Source: Lepidodermella squamata
Lineage: Eukaryota; Animalia; Gastrotricha
NCBI GenBank assembly: GCA_047495785.1
Contig: JBLDXI010000007.1
Coordinates: 806,001-870,000, forward strand
DNA: 64,000 nucleotides
Direction: 5' to 3'
Made by a program: the position numbers and the translations under genes. Below, piece after piece: positions 1 through 11,200 of this stretch (the first letter of the stretch is position 1; every line of letters begins with the position of its first letter). The notes under the pieces were generated by a model, which did not search any database, had not been told where the DNA came from, and saw only the letters and a program-made list of their open reading frames with translations.

Positions 1-478
1 ATAACGCGAGGGATGGGGCTAGAAATGAGCCCATTTCAGCAGCTCCTGCTAGAGTGGCGGGCAGGGGTAGAAATAGCTCGAGGTCAGGCCAGAATTCGCC
101 TTCGCATCTCGAGAGTTTTTCTTGTCTCGCATCCCGGCGAACGACTGTGAAAATGAGGATGACAATTACGGCTGCCAAAATCAAATACTGATTTCGGGTA
201 TTGCAAAATAGGCGCAATCTGGGCCACATATCAAAACTTAGGGCCAGTTGCATGTAAATTGCATTCGGTCATCAATGAAAGTTCACATTTCTTTCACGCT
301 TGTTCCCTGATATATAGTAAGTCGGACATCAATTGGTGTGAATAGTTCTATTCAAATTTATCTCAATGCTAGAATGAATGTGGCCTTGTAATAATTTTCG
401 GTTGAATAAATTAAAACTCCACCTTAAAATGTTTACTGAAATTAATTTAATTTTTAGAATCTCGAAAAATTAATCGCA

Positions 479-1549
479 ATGAAGGGCATTATTTTCATAG
501 CTTTGTGCATTAATATTGTATCGTCGCAGATTTTAATGTTCGACGATCTGCTGAAGCTGCCTCGTCAGCCGATTCCAGAGAAAGACGATGATATAAAAAA
601 CTTGTACACGTGTTTACCCGGATGCGAACTTCAGAAGATTAATAATACCTCCTGGGAATGCCGTAGTAGCGCATCGCCGAAACACGAATGGTGGGCATGC
701 CCGCACAACGGTATGGCGCTGCACAAGACTTACGCATTGGGTGAATACAGTTCGAATGACGATAAGCCGCCCTATTTGAAGTATCCATCAACACTGCGCT
801 ACACTCGATTCGGCTCGCCGTTATCAACAGGTTTTGACGTGTTGCGGTGCCCTTATGATTCATTAGGGCGCCGCATGAAGCGTAACTCGAAGCTGGTATC
901 TTGGTTCAGGAATGACGGCTCAACGAACGGTGTCCCAGTGGGGCGAGATGGGAACGAAAATTATCCGGATATCAGACAACAAGGAGCAAGCCTGCTGATA
1001 TCGTCCGCGAAGAAAAGTGCAGCGTATACGGGTTATTTTTGCCAAGAAAGTAGCAGCAACAATAAATTATTCGAAGCTCATCTCGCGAATCCTGATTCAT
1101 TTTTCAAAGGTTGCAACTTCACTGCTGGACGAGCTGCATCTATTGAGGAACTGAAATACTTTTCGAACAATCGAATAACTTTTTCATGGGAAAAAGGCGA
1201 ACGAATTCGGAGTCTTTTCTATGTTATTGAATGTCAGTTCGGTATTATACGACTAGTCAAGCTGCAACCAGGCAGAATTAAACCATCGGTGATTGTCAAA
1301 TGGAGCAATCGCGATTTCATGGCGGAGGAACCAGGTATTAGTGTCGAATTGCAATATGAAAATCATCCTTGGACTTATTTCGCCGTAACATTGGATCCAC
1401 GCTTGCTAGTGATGAAGTACTTCATGCAGGAAGGCAGGACCTACGAATTTATTGCAAACATTGAAATCGTAGCAAATTTCATGAATTACGAATGGCCTAA
1501 TCAAGTGCGTTTCTTTGAGTTCTCGGCCAATTTTACCTACGTGACCTGA
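479..1549 (+). CDS. Secreted protein with a probable Ig-like domain, single exon
   Basis: 356-aa ORF with a hydrophobic N-terminal signal peptide (MKGIIFIALCINIVSS) and Ig-type spacing LRC...VSWFRN...LLISSA...GYFC; AATAAA at ~1586. Confidence 0.65.
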   Translation: MKGIIFIALCINIVSSQILMFDDLLKLPRQPIPEKDDDIKNLYTCLPGCELQKINNTSWECRSSASPKHEWWACPHNGMALHKTYALGEYSSNDDKPPYLKYPSTLRYTRFGSPLSTGFDVLRCPYDSLGRRMKRNSKLVSWFRNDGSTNGVPVGRDGNENYPDIRQQGASLLISSAKKSAAYTGYFCQESSSNNKLFEAHLANPDSFFKGCNFTAGRAASIEELKYFSNNRITFSWEKGERIRSLFYVIECQFGIIRLVKLQPGRIKPSVIVKWSNRDFMAEEPGISVELQYENHPWTYFAVTLDPRLLVMKYFMQEGRTYEFIANIEIVANFMNYEWPNQVRFFEFSANFTYVT

Positions 1550-1639
1550 TTAATTCTTATATTTTGTTTACACAATTGTTGCTAAAATAAATCTAGTCGT
1601 CTGTTATTTTACTATTGTTTTGATTTTGTTTATCGTCAA

Positions 1640-1721
1640 GGTAGCGTGGCCGAGTGGTCTAAGGCGCTAGATTTAGGCTCTAGTCTCTTCGGAGGCGTGG
1701 GTTCGAACCCCACCGCTGCCA
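1640..1721 (+). tRNA. tRNA-Leu(TAG), copy 1
   Basis: 82-nt cloverleaf GGTAGCG...CGCTGCCA, anticodon arm CTAGA-TTTAGGC-TCTAG, long variable arm, followed by a T-run Pol III terminator. Confidence 0.97.
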
Positions 1722-1790
1722 TCATTTTTTTCATTTTAATCTTCGAAAACTCAAAAACATTGATCCAGTGATTTATTACTTCTTCAGACA

Positions 1791-1862
1791 AGCAGAGTGG
1801 CGCAGTGGAAGCGCGCTGGGCCCATAACCCAGAGGTCTGTAGATCGAAACTACGCTCTGCTA
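1791..1862 (+). tRNA. Initiator tRNA-Met(CAT), copy 1
   Basis: 72 nt with A1:U72 pair, three G:C pairs in the anticodon stem and T-loop ATCGAAA, all eukaryotic initiator hallmarks; T-run downstream. Confidence 0.97.
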
Positions 1863-1981
1863 AATGTCAATTTTTTTTCTTTTGTCTTCACAGCTCACAG
1901 CAAGATGAATATGCTAAGCAAGCCGTTGTCTGTGTTTTTTTCAACTGCCGATGGGGGTCAGCGGCGGAAATCTATTCAACT

Positions 1982-2140
1982 AAACTTACCTGGCACTGGG
2001 ATGAACCGAGATCAAGAAGTCGGTCGCCCCAGGGCGAGGCGGGCCATTGCACTTCGGTCCGCTGACCCCTGCGCTCTGCCTCATCGGTGGAGTCGGGTGC
2101 AAAATATTTCACTTGGGTATCGGCGTTCGCGCCACACCCG
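1982..2140 (+). ncRNA. U1: U1 snRNA (variant; Sm site atypical)
   Basis: Starts AAACTTACCTGG (5' splice-site pairing), loop I GATCAAGAAG, CCCAGGGCGAGGC, loop II CCATTGCACTTCGG, GCTGACCCCTGCG, terminal hairpin GGCG-TTCG-CGCC. Confidence 0.93.
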
Positions 2141-2567
2141 TAAAATTAAGAAACAAAATCCACATCTTTGTCATCGCTTTTCTTGCGTTGTATTTTGCAA
2201 ATATTTTCATTCGCAACCGAGAGTAATCCGCTGCTGTGTTCCTGGTTGCTGTTTCAAAAACAGCAAAGACACGCAAAACGCGCCACTTCTCACTCTCGCT
2301 CGGGTTATTTTCATGCATTCCTCAAAAGTGTGAGAAAACAGTAAGGCAAACACTTTTGCTTTGTATAAAAGCAACCGGCGAGGCATTTTTCAACACCACG
2401 CAATGTTTTGTTGCCCTAATTATCTACCTCATCTTGTTTATGTTTGAAATTTTCCTGCTTATCACAATTTCTACTTGCCAAATTAGGAATGACTTTAATT
2501 CAAGTCAAAAATTTCTTTAAATAATGGTTGGCATTGAAATTCAGTAAATTTTCCCTATTATTTAGTC

Positions 2568-4046
2568 ATGTTTCGATATTATTGTCCTGAAAATTGCAGC
2601 CCAGCGGCTCCGGCTCCTCAGCCCGAGCCATCGCTGTTCGACCGCCAGCTCGTCATCAGCCGGCACATGGCTAAACTTCCTGCCAACTTGAAGCACAAAT
2701 TAGCCAGCGACAAATGGCGCTGCTTTGACCCAACTCCCGCTCCTAATTGCCACCTGCCACCCGTCGATATTTCCTGCCCTGACAACATGATATCCCTGCG
2801 TGAAATCGTCGAAACTGGCGTTCATGTTTTTGCCGGGAAATTTTTGTTATGCCGAGCAATAACGCCAAGCTTGAAAATGAGCGGTCTGCACACGGTTGTC
2901 GACGACCCGCCGGGAGAATTCGTCATCGATCTCATGATTTACAACCGTCGCGATTTAGAATCTATTCCGATTGGGACGATTTTGGCTGTAATGAATCCTT
3001 ATTTGAAGCTATCAAAATCTGGCTACTTTGCCATTCGATGCGACAACCCTGACGATCATTTCGTCGAGCTACCTGAGAGCGCCGATATTTTACAGCAAAT
3101 CAATTGGGAAAAGCCGCTGCCTTTTTCGAGTGAAGTTCCGGCTGAAACTGCCCCTGATAAAGCTGGAATTAAATTTTACGCTAACGGTAATTTCGAACGA
3201 GCTTTGGGTTGTTTCTCAACTGCGCTTGACCTGGCGATTTTGAAGAAATCAGCATCGAACCATTTGGCTAGGCTGTACTCGAACCGATCGGCTTGCTACC
3301 TCGCGTTAAACCAGCCTCTCCTCGCGCTTTGGGACGCTGATACCGGCCTGGAAATTCAGCCTCAGAACGAGAAACTTCAATTACGAAAGGTTGCCGCTCT
3401 TTATCACTTGAAGCGCTATGCTGAATGCTTGAGCTTTATCATCGAAGCAACGGAATCTTACAAGCTGGTCGAGGTTGGTTTGAAATGCCGGCGTTTTCTC
3501 GACGAAGCTGAATTCGGTATTTACGACCTGCCGGAAATTCGAAAGGAGGCTAAATTGGATCCGAAATTGGACCGTCATTGCAATTTCTTTGCGAAACATT
3601 ACATCGAATTTAGTAAACAGCCTGGTCTTGACGGTCGGAAAATCTTTGTCGCGAAACGCGCCATTCCGCCGGGGACGCTGCTGATCGCCGAAAAGCCGTT
3701 TTCTTTCGTCGAAAGTTCGGCTGAGAACGAGATTGAAGAATTAATTGCGAGTACTACGACTGAATTATCGCGGGCTGATGAGAAGATGCTGACGGCTTTT
3801 TTCGACCTTGGCGAAACTACTGACCCTGGAGCAGACATGAGTTTGGAGGTTAGGGTGCGAAAAATAGTTACAGCTGCGGCTTTTTTCTCCTTTGATGGAG
3901 TCGGTGTATGGCTGTCGCCGAGTTATCTTGTTTTAAGTGCAAATAATCGGGATATGAATTGTTTTCATCACTTCATTGGTCATTTCATGTTTGTTGAAGC
4001 TTTGAAATCTATCGCTCCTGGGGAGACCCTTCGATTCTGTAAATGA
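2568..4046 (+). CDS. TPR plus degenerate SET-domain protein, single exon
   Basis: 492 aa; TPR motifs (GNFERALGCFSTAL, LYSNRSACYLALNQPLLALWDA); SET N-part GRKIFVAKRAIPPGTLLIAEKPF and C-part ALKSIAPGETL; the NHSC motif is absent. Confidence 0.8.
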   Translation: MFRYYCPENCSPAAPAPQPEPSLFDRQLVISRHMAKLPANLKHKLASDKWRCFDPTPAPNCHLPPVDISCPDNMISLREIVETGVHVFAGKFLLCRAITPSLKMSGLHTVVDDPPGEFVIDLMIYNRRDLESIPIGTILAVMNPYLKLSKSGYFAIRCDNPDDHFVELPESADILQQINWEKPLPFSSEVPAETAPDKAGIKFYANGNFERALGCFSTALDLAILKKSASNHLARLYSNRSACYLALNQPLLALWDADTGLEIQPQNEKLQLRKVAALYHLKRYAECLSFIIEATESYKLVEVGLKCRRFLDEAEFGIYDLPEIRKEAKLDPKLDRHCNFFAKHYIEFSKQPGLDGRKIFVAKRAIPPGTLLIAEKPFSFVESSAENEIEELIASTTTELSRADEKMLTAFFDLGETTDPGADMSLEVRVRKIVTAAAFFSFDGVGVWLSPSYLVLSANNRDMNCFHHFIGHFMFVEALKSIAPGETLRFCK

Positions 4047-4207
4047 GCTGTAAATGACCCCTTCACAATGTTCGCCAATTAAATGAATTTTATTACGATT
4101 TTTATTACTGCATGATTAATATTTGATTCAGCAAATAAAGATGTTTACAAATTAGCTGACTTTTTCCATTTGCTGAAAGTTTCATTAATTTGCACGATCA
4201 ATCAACA

Positions 4208-4289
4208 GGTAGCGTGGCCGAGTGGTCTAAGGCGCTAGATTTAGGCTCTAGTCTCTTCGGAGGCGTGGGTTCGAACCCCACCGCTGCCA
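4208..4289 (+). tRNA. tRNA-Leu(TAG), copy 2
   Basis: Same sequence as 1640-1721, T-run after. Confidence 0.97.
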
Positions 4290-4365
4290 ATTTTTTTAAA
4301 ATAATTTGTGAATAAAAATTAAAAAATGTGTAAAGAAAAGTTTTTCAATGTTTTATTCTCAGACA

Positions 4366-4437
4366 AGCAGAGTGGCGCAGTGGAAGCGCGCTGGGCCCAT
4401 AACCCAGAGGTCTGTAGATCGAAACTACGCTCTGCTA
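4366..4437 (+). tRNA. Initiator tRNA-Met(CAT), copy 2
   Basis: Same sequence as 1791-1862. Confidence 0.97.
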
Positions 4438-4457
4438 AATGTCAATTCTTTTCTGCA

Positions 4458-4473
4458 CCCACCGCTGCCATCA
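4458..4473 (+). pseudogene. 3' remnant of a tRNA-Leu gene
   Basis: CCCACCGCTGCCATCA matches the 3' end plus trailer of Leu copies 1 and 3, and is followed by TTTTT. Confidence 0.6.
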
Positions 4474-4666
4474 ATTTTTGCCTTAATTTATAATTTCCAG
4501 AAGTTTCGTTTTGAAATTTCAGCATGACTTCTAAGCTAATGACTTGACAGCTGAGCAAACTTCTATCAAGTTTTGCGTGACGCAGTTAATTCCAGTAGCT
4601 TGGTTAATATTTTTGCGGGTTTTCATGACACAAGTGGACTGCCGCATGCCATCTTAATGTATCCAA

Positions 4667-4748
4667 GTCGCTATGCCCGAGTGGTTAAGGGGTCTGACTA
4701 GAAATCAGATGCGGTCTCCGCGCGTAGGTTCAAATCCTACTGGCGACG
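4667..4748 (+). tRNA. tRNA-Ser(AGA), copy 1
   Basis: 82 nt, acceptor GTCGCTA/TGGCGAC, anticodon arm TCTGA-CTAGAAA-TCAGA, long variable arm, G73 discriminator. Confidence 0.95.
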
Positions 4749-4977
4749 AACATTTTTTATTATCTTTAAATTCAATTATTTAAAATGTGAAATTTAAATT
4801 ATATAAAAGAGAAATCATTATTTTGAAGAGGAAAAAATGGAAATAAATCAATGAAAATATTCTGCGATAATTATTATGGTTTCTTAATTTTTTAAATAAC
4901 CTGAAAGTAATGAATATTCAGACGCTCAGAAAAAGCTCTCATTATGTAGCTATTCTCTTTTCCGAAAAATTGTTTTG

Positions 4978-7464
4978 CTACATGTTAGCTGGATCTCTGT
5001 TATCCAGGTTAGACCCTGAGAAAAGTGCCTTGGCAGAAGGGTAACAGGTAATCAGGCTCAAACTCAGCGAATAGATCAAGACTGAAACTGCGACAATAAT
5101 CTGCCGAAGCACTCCGGGTGCTACGATGAAAACGGCGCCAAAAGCACAACCGTACAGTGAAGCAGCGAAAATGATAGCTACTTGATAGAAACGCAAATCC
5201 AGCATGGAAGCTGATCGCTTGTTATACCGTAGTTTCATCGCGCAGAAAATGCCAACGATTAGTGGAATCGCATTCAAGCCGAATAAGGAGGCCGCCCACA
5301 CTTCCCCTGAGTTGCTTTGGCAAACAGTAACGATGCGCGTCGAGTATGTGTCGGTTGACTCATCGTAGGCAGTCAAAGGATTGCCAATCGGAACTTGGGC
5401 AGCTTTTAGCGGGTCAGATATCAACCACGCCAGTAATAAACAAAGATTCATCAGCAGGAAACATATTAAAGGAAGAAGGACCTCGCGGTTGTTAGTTTCA
5501 ATCGGCTTTGGAGCCGTTGGTACAGTGATAACGGACGATTTTCTCACCATAAGCGTTGCCTCAGTTTGCGGGGTGACTATTGACATCCGCCCAACTTGTC
5601 CTGTCGTGGATTGTAGACCTACAACTGATCCCATTCTGGGCATAGTCTGCAGGCTTGTATTTGTCGGTCGCGCCAATAGCGTAGACGACCTTCGTTGAAA
5701 GGAATTAAAGCTTTGCGTGATTAGCAGTGACTGTGTGGGAAGTTTCCGCTTGACTTGAAAAAGAACCATGCCCATGCATCCATGGAGCGTCGAAATTCCG
5801 AGTACAAGCATCACAGCCCTAGTGACGCAAGATCCGTCTGGAGAAGCGAGGTTATTCGGGAAAACAAATGCGACAGCTGATCCATTTAAAATCAAGCCAG
5901 ATGAGACGATTACTAAGCTGACGATGGCTATTGGCTTATTTGGGTTGCCGATTTCACTCCACGCAATTTTGATGAGAATAGAAAGTTGAAGCAACGAAAT
6001 TAAAAGCGCAAATCCAGATATAATGCCGAAAGTCAGCCATGAAATATCGACGAAAATAGTCAATTTCAGCGCATCATCTCGTGGAAAAAACCATGGAAAG
6101 TTATTGACGACTTGCTTAATTTCGTATGAATCTGCATTCAATGCCGAAGCGTTCTCCCGACAGGTTATAGTGCTTAGAAGCTGCAAGCCAGTTTCTGGAG
6201 TCCAACGGGTGACTATTTGATACTCAGTATCGAATTCCAGCCGTTTCGAATAACGGAAACGACCATGTCGAAGGTTCCAGAAGTCTATCTCGGCCGCGCT
6301 TTGATTGGTCGCCAACATCACCTCGCGCGGGAATTTTCGGTAATCTCTCAGAGACAGATTTTTGTTTCTTAGCAATTTTTCCGCTCCATCAAGAATAACG
6401 GCTCCATGCAGGGCTCTATCGTAGCAAATGTGGCGGAAATCATAATCAGGAGATCGATAATTATTTGTGTATTTGTCGAAGAGAACTTCGAAATCTCGAA
6501 CGGTGTGGCCGAGTGATGTTCGATCGTCGCTGTTCTCGCGTCCTGTTGCTTCGAAACCAGTTCCTATGTACAATGCTCGTTTTGATTGTTCGTAAATCAT
6601 ATCTTTCGTGCATCCTGGTGGGTAAGCTTCCGTCGCTATCGAGTCCGGGTTTACATAGCTAGCGAACTGAAATAGAAAGAAGTACTTCGGACCTTTGATT
6701 CCTGCCCTAAAAGCTTGACAGAGAAATCTGATGGCGGTTATTGATTCTGTCGCTTCATAGGTAAAAATTCGTATGTCGAGCTTCTTCAGCGCAGCCATGA
6801 CTTCATCGTTGAAATCAGGACTTGCCTCGAACGCTACAACTTCGAAACCTTCACTCGTCGCAATCTTGTGGAAAAGTAGAGCGGTTTCGAAGTTGAAAGG
6901 GTTCGTGTTAAGATTCATGGTTACTGCGATACGTCGCCATGGGGTCATTTTCTTGATGAAATGCATCCTTGAGTATAACGCCAACTCAGCAGAGCATCGA
7001 GGCCTGAAGATGTTGGGGTACAACGAACGCCGGGCTATCTGGGACGGAGCAGTGCAGGATGAAACGAGAGTTACCATGTTGAAATAGCTAGGCATCATTC
7101 CCCAACTTTTGCAACCTCCTGCTAGAAGCGGGCCCATGTTCAGTGGCGCAGGGTACAGACCAGGATCGAGCATGTCTTCCATTTTCCGAATATATTCTAT
7201 AGCTACTTTTGAGGCGAAGTTTCCACCAGGACCTTCGTTCGCGAAATCGAGTTCAATTTTGTAATCAGGTAGCAAATCTGTTCTGTTGTTAATGATGTCA
7301 ATAACCAATTGCTGGGAAGCCTTGCATAGCAAATTATCCCTTGGCTCGTATCCTGTGAACATGTTTATGGAAAGCAGTGACAACCTGTAAGGCTTCAAAA
7401 CAGCTTGAGCCAATGCAACATCAAGAAAGATCAGAATTGAAAATCGCTGCATGCTACTAAACAT
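4978..7464 (-). CDS. Class C GPCR, GABA-B-receptor-like (Venus flytrap plus 7TM, no Cys-rich domain), paralog A, intronless
   Basis: Signal peptide; INNRTDLLPDYKIEL and YPNIFR Venus-flytrap motifs; seven hydrophobic segments with WLISDPL and CQS..EVW. First in-frame ATG is 7464 (the ORF track starts at a TTG, 7500). Confidence 0.85.
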   Translation of the reverse strand: MFSSMQRFSILIFLDVALAQAVLKPYRLSLLSINMFTGYEPRDNLLCKASQQLVIDIINNRTDLLPDYKIELDFANEGPGGNFASKVAIEYIRKMEDMLDPGLYPAPLNMGPLLAGGCKSWGMMPSYFNMVTLVSSCTAPSQIARRSLYPNIFRPRCSAELALYSRMHFIKKMTPWRRIAVTMNLNTNPFNFETALLFHKIATSEGFEVVAFEASPDFNDEVMAALKKLDIRIFTYEATESITAIRFLCQAFRAGIKGPKYFFLFQFASYVNPDSIATEAYPPGCTKDMIYEQSKRALYIGTGFEATGRENSDDRTSLGHTVRDFEVLFDKYTNNYRSPDYDFRHICYDRALHGAVILDGAEKLLRNKNLSLRDYRKFPREVMLATNQSAAEIDFWNLRHGRFRYSKRLEFDTEYQIVTRWTPETGLQLLSTITCRENASALNADSYEIKQVVNNFPWFFPRDDALKLTIFVDISWLTFGIISGFALLISLLQLSILIKIAWSEIGNPNKPIAIVSLVIVSSGLILNGSAVAFVFPNNLASPDGSCVTRAVMLVLGISTLHGCMGMVLFQVKRKLPTQSLLITQSFNSFQRRSSTLLARPTNTSLQTMPRMGSVVGLQSTTGQVGRMSIVTPQTEATLMVRKSSVITVPTAPKPIETNNREVLLPLICFLLMNLCLLLAWLISDPLKAAQVPIGNPLTAYDESTDTYSTRIVTVCQSNSGEVWAASLFGLNAIPLIVGIFCAMKLRYNKRSASMLDLRFYQVAIIFAASLYGCAFGAVFIVAPGVLRQIIVAVSVLIYSLSLSLITCYPSAKALFSGSNLDNRDPANM

Positions 7465-8286
7465 AGAAATAGGAAAATGATTTTCAAAATTACAATCCAA
7501 GCTCGCAGGCCTAGATGAAGTTTTGAAAGCTTAATTCGATACTCTGATTTCCGGAAGTTCCGAAATATGAGAATTGTATAGCACTAACAGGGTCTGAGTG
7601 TCCCCAGTTTTGCAGCAACTCCGTCATTATTTCCTATCAAGCGTTGTAAATAACTGTAAAAACAGCTGCTCCATCATGAATCTGCGATACGGAAAGGATG
7701 AAAAACGAATATCTAATATTTTTATTTTCTACGATATAGAAAAGATTTATTGAAAAAGATGTTATAGATTTATAAAAGAGCTATAGAAAAGATTTAATGG
7801 CTTATATTGGTATTTTCAGACACCCAACCTTGGGTTTGGGAATACTTTTGGAAACATCGTTCCAAGTCAGGATTCCAAACAGTATGGACTCCTTTTTTAC
7901 GGCGCTGGACGTAATTTTAAAGTCCCGGTCCTGAGAACTCGCGGAATCTCCAGTGAATGACTAGTTCTGAAATCGATTAGAACTGCGGGTCCAACTTAAA
8001 AACTAACTGAATTTCCAGGTTCCTGGGCTTGACGATTCGGCAAATCGACAAAGTTTGGAGTTGGGCAAATTTCCACGTCCCATTTCTGGTTTTCGTATGA
8101 AATGAAACACATGTCTAAGGAAAAAGTATTTCTCACCCTAAACCTAACCCTAAACCTAAAATCTAAAAAAAGTACGAGCAGCCATTCTGTTGAAAAAAAC
8201 ACTCCAAATTATTTCTGAATATTTTATTACTCTCCAATTTTGGCACATTATTCGGCCGACTACATACAAAATACATAGCATTTATT

Positions 8287-11200
8287 TCAATAAATATCAA
8301 ACTGATTGCTCGGAATGCAACTGTTACCAAGGTAGATAAGCGGCACGAATAATCCAAACGGTATAATGATGGATAGAAACAAGCAAATTACGAATGTTAC
8401 AAAGTCTATTTTAAACGCCACCTCCATCCAAAGACACGCATTCCGCTCCTGCAGGTGCTGCGCAATCGGACTCAATTCGCTGTTCCGCCGGGTCATCCTT
8501 CGCCGGTACTGACTGCTGCGCGGGTTGTAGTTGACAACATTGTCATTATCGCGCTGCCGCCGCCGCCGACGTCGGCGATCCTCGTCTTCCTGCTCCTGCC
8601 GCCGTTGCGCTAGTTGCTGCTGCTCCAACTGCCGCTTATGCATTTGTTCGTGAAGGCGCGGCGACAGCGCCGGAAGCGTTATGATACGGTGCACTTTGTT
8701 AGGCCTCAGCTGCAAATTACTCGCTGATTTGAACTCACGTGCCTGCAGCATGTTGTCATTGCGGCAGCCCTGCCCGCCTACCGAGCACGTTTGACAGCCC
8801 GGAATCTTGCAAATTGCAGCCCGGTAATTGTTGCCCAATTTCGGCGTTGTTTCAACTTGACCTAGACTATCACTCGAATGGCAGGACGATAAGTCGTCGG
8901 CTATCACGGCGGCGTTTTCACCTGCTGCTGGCGAGATTTCGTCCTCGAGCAGCGTGTCGTCCGATTGTTTAGCCGCGAGGTCGCCGTTCGCGGCTGCCGG
9001 GCTCGTGGTCTGGTGTTGCCAGTTGTACATGATGTCGGCCTGGGCGCTGGCGGGTCGCATAGGCACCATAGGAATGGCGACATCGCCAGTCGCTAGTTCG
9101 CTAGTACTAGCCGGCTGTTGTTGGTCCGGTGTTCGGGATGAGCATTCGCTGCATTTAAAGCCCTGGTTTATCGCAGCGTAGTTGCTCAGGCGGCGCGAGT
9201 GTCCGGTTCCGTTGAGCATAGACACATTTTCGCAGTAGTAACATTTCGTGGTCGGTTGATTGCCTGAAATAATAGAGAAAAAGTGAATTTTCATGAACAA
9301 TGATCAATCACCGAGTTCCAGTCAAGGTAGCGTGGCCGAGTGGTCTAAGGCGCTAGATTTAGGCTCTAGTCTCTTCGGAGGCGTGGGTTCGAACCCCACC
9401 GCTGCCATCATTTTTTTCATTTTGGTCTTCGATAACTCAAAAACATTGATTGAGTGATTAATTACTCCTTCAGACAAGCAGAGTGGCGCAGTGGAAGCGC
9501 GCTGGGCCCATAACCCAGAGGTCTGTAGATCGAAACTACGCTCTGCTAAATGTCAATTTTTTCTCGAATTTTATCATCATTGTAACAAATTGGGAGAAGA
9601 TTACAAACTAAAGCAATATCTCACAAATAAATTTTGATTTCATAACAAATAAATTTAAAAGTCTCAAGGTGACCTAAAATTTCATTTTCAAGCTATTAGT
9701 CACCGACTTCAAGAGCTAAAATAAATCCAAAAATCAATGATTTTTCCTATTGGGTGGGCCAAGTGCGCACATTAAACATAGGGTTCCAGCGCTAAATGTG
9801 AGACTCTTCCCTAGAATCTCAACTTTTTTGTTATCATGCGTAACCGATAGACCTTCATATTACGCGTATTTCGCGCTATGAGCGGTCAATTTACGAATTA
9901 TACTTCATCCTATAGATCCGATATCGATTCCAAGTAGCGATTTCACAAATCAGTGATTTTCCCGATATCAGCCTTCTTGGAACCCAACATCAAAGCTACG
10001 TAGAAAAATTATTGGACACCCTGTAGCTAAAATGTAAAATCCTAGGATCAAGGAGGGCATCAGTATTGATGAAAGATTTAGTCCCAGGAGATTTAGTGCT
10101 GGAACCTCATTTCTAGCGGTGCAAATATTATGACCCATTAATATCGATAACAATCGGAACCAACAATGGAAAACATAATGGAAATCGGTGGCGACAGATA
10201 ACAATCTCGTAAATGAGAAGTCGAACAGAAGTTTTAAAAAGTGCATCAATGTTGATCAATGCACTCAAATCTCATTCCAACTTCAGAAAAATGTGGTGTT
10301 TAATCTGAGAAAAAATAATATCACGATTTGCGAAATTAGACCTGAGCTTGGAATGCCGAACGTAAAGGAAAAAAACGATATTTTGAACCATCCTTCTACT
10401 CAGAGATATATCGCAATTGTTCTACGCAATTTTTAACTCGAAATGTTATTCCGAACTCACCTAAAAGTGGAATATTTTCTTCTTTCGGATGAATAGCCGA
10501 ACTTCGCTTCGTTTTTTTAAGCAGGCTACTTCGAGGCGAAAAAACCGGAGATTCACACGCGCTTTCCCGAGGCTTTGCTTTCGTCTTTTTCGCACTGCGC
10601 CGCCTCGACAGGCAGATCTGTTCGGCCTCCTCATAGTTCGGATGGGTGGTTGGCAATTCGTGCCACAGCAGCGGAAACGGCTTCATCATTCGAAAAAGCC
10701 ACCATGGCGGCGGTTCTTGGAAGGTTCGAAAAAACCGCTCGATGATGACTGATTCGAAAATGCCTATGGCCGATGTGATGATGAGAGCGATGATGTACTT
10801 GGACAGCGCAGTAACTGCGTCGCTAGTTTTCGGCAACTCTTCAGTGACGATAGTCTGGAACACGACTAGGGTGAGTAAATTAGTTGTGCTAAAACCGATT
10901 CTGTCGGCAGTTGTATCCGTGGAACTGATCCAGAATACTGATAGTTGAATGAGCGATAAAGTTGTACACTATTTGAAAAAAAATTAAATTTCGAAAAATC
11001 ACCATAAATCGAAACTTACTGGGAAGATAAGATTCACTAGAATAAAATTAATAAAAAAAAATCGAAATTTAAGAATAAATTTTATTCGAAAAATCTTACC
11101 GACGTAAAAGGTAACTCGCCGTTTCACAGTGATATCGAATCGAACTCGGGTGAAGGTTTCATTTGTGAAGTACGTTTGGTCATAGGTCTATCAGTTCAGC

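Noticed and set aside
1797-2520. ORFs of 178, 86, 69 and 94 aa
   Set aside because: They overlap tRNA-iMet, U1 snRNA and AT-rich spacer, and show no protein motifs.
4520-4650. Possible Sm-class RNA (ATTTTTG followed by GCGG...CCGC)
   Set aside because: No recognisable U2/U4/U5/U11/U12 or spliced-leader sequence; needs an Infernal search.
8135-8165. CCCTAAACCTAACCCTAAACCTAA telomere-like run
   Set aside because: Only about four degenerate units; too short to call.
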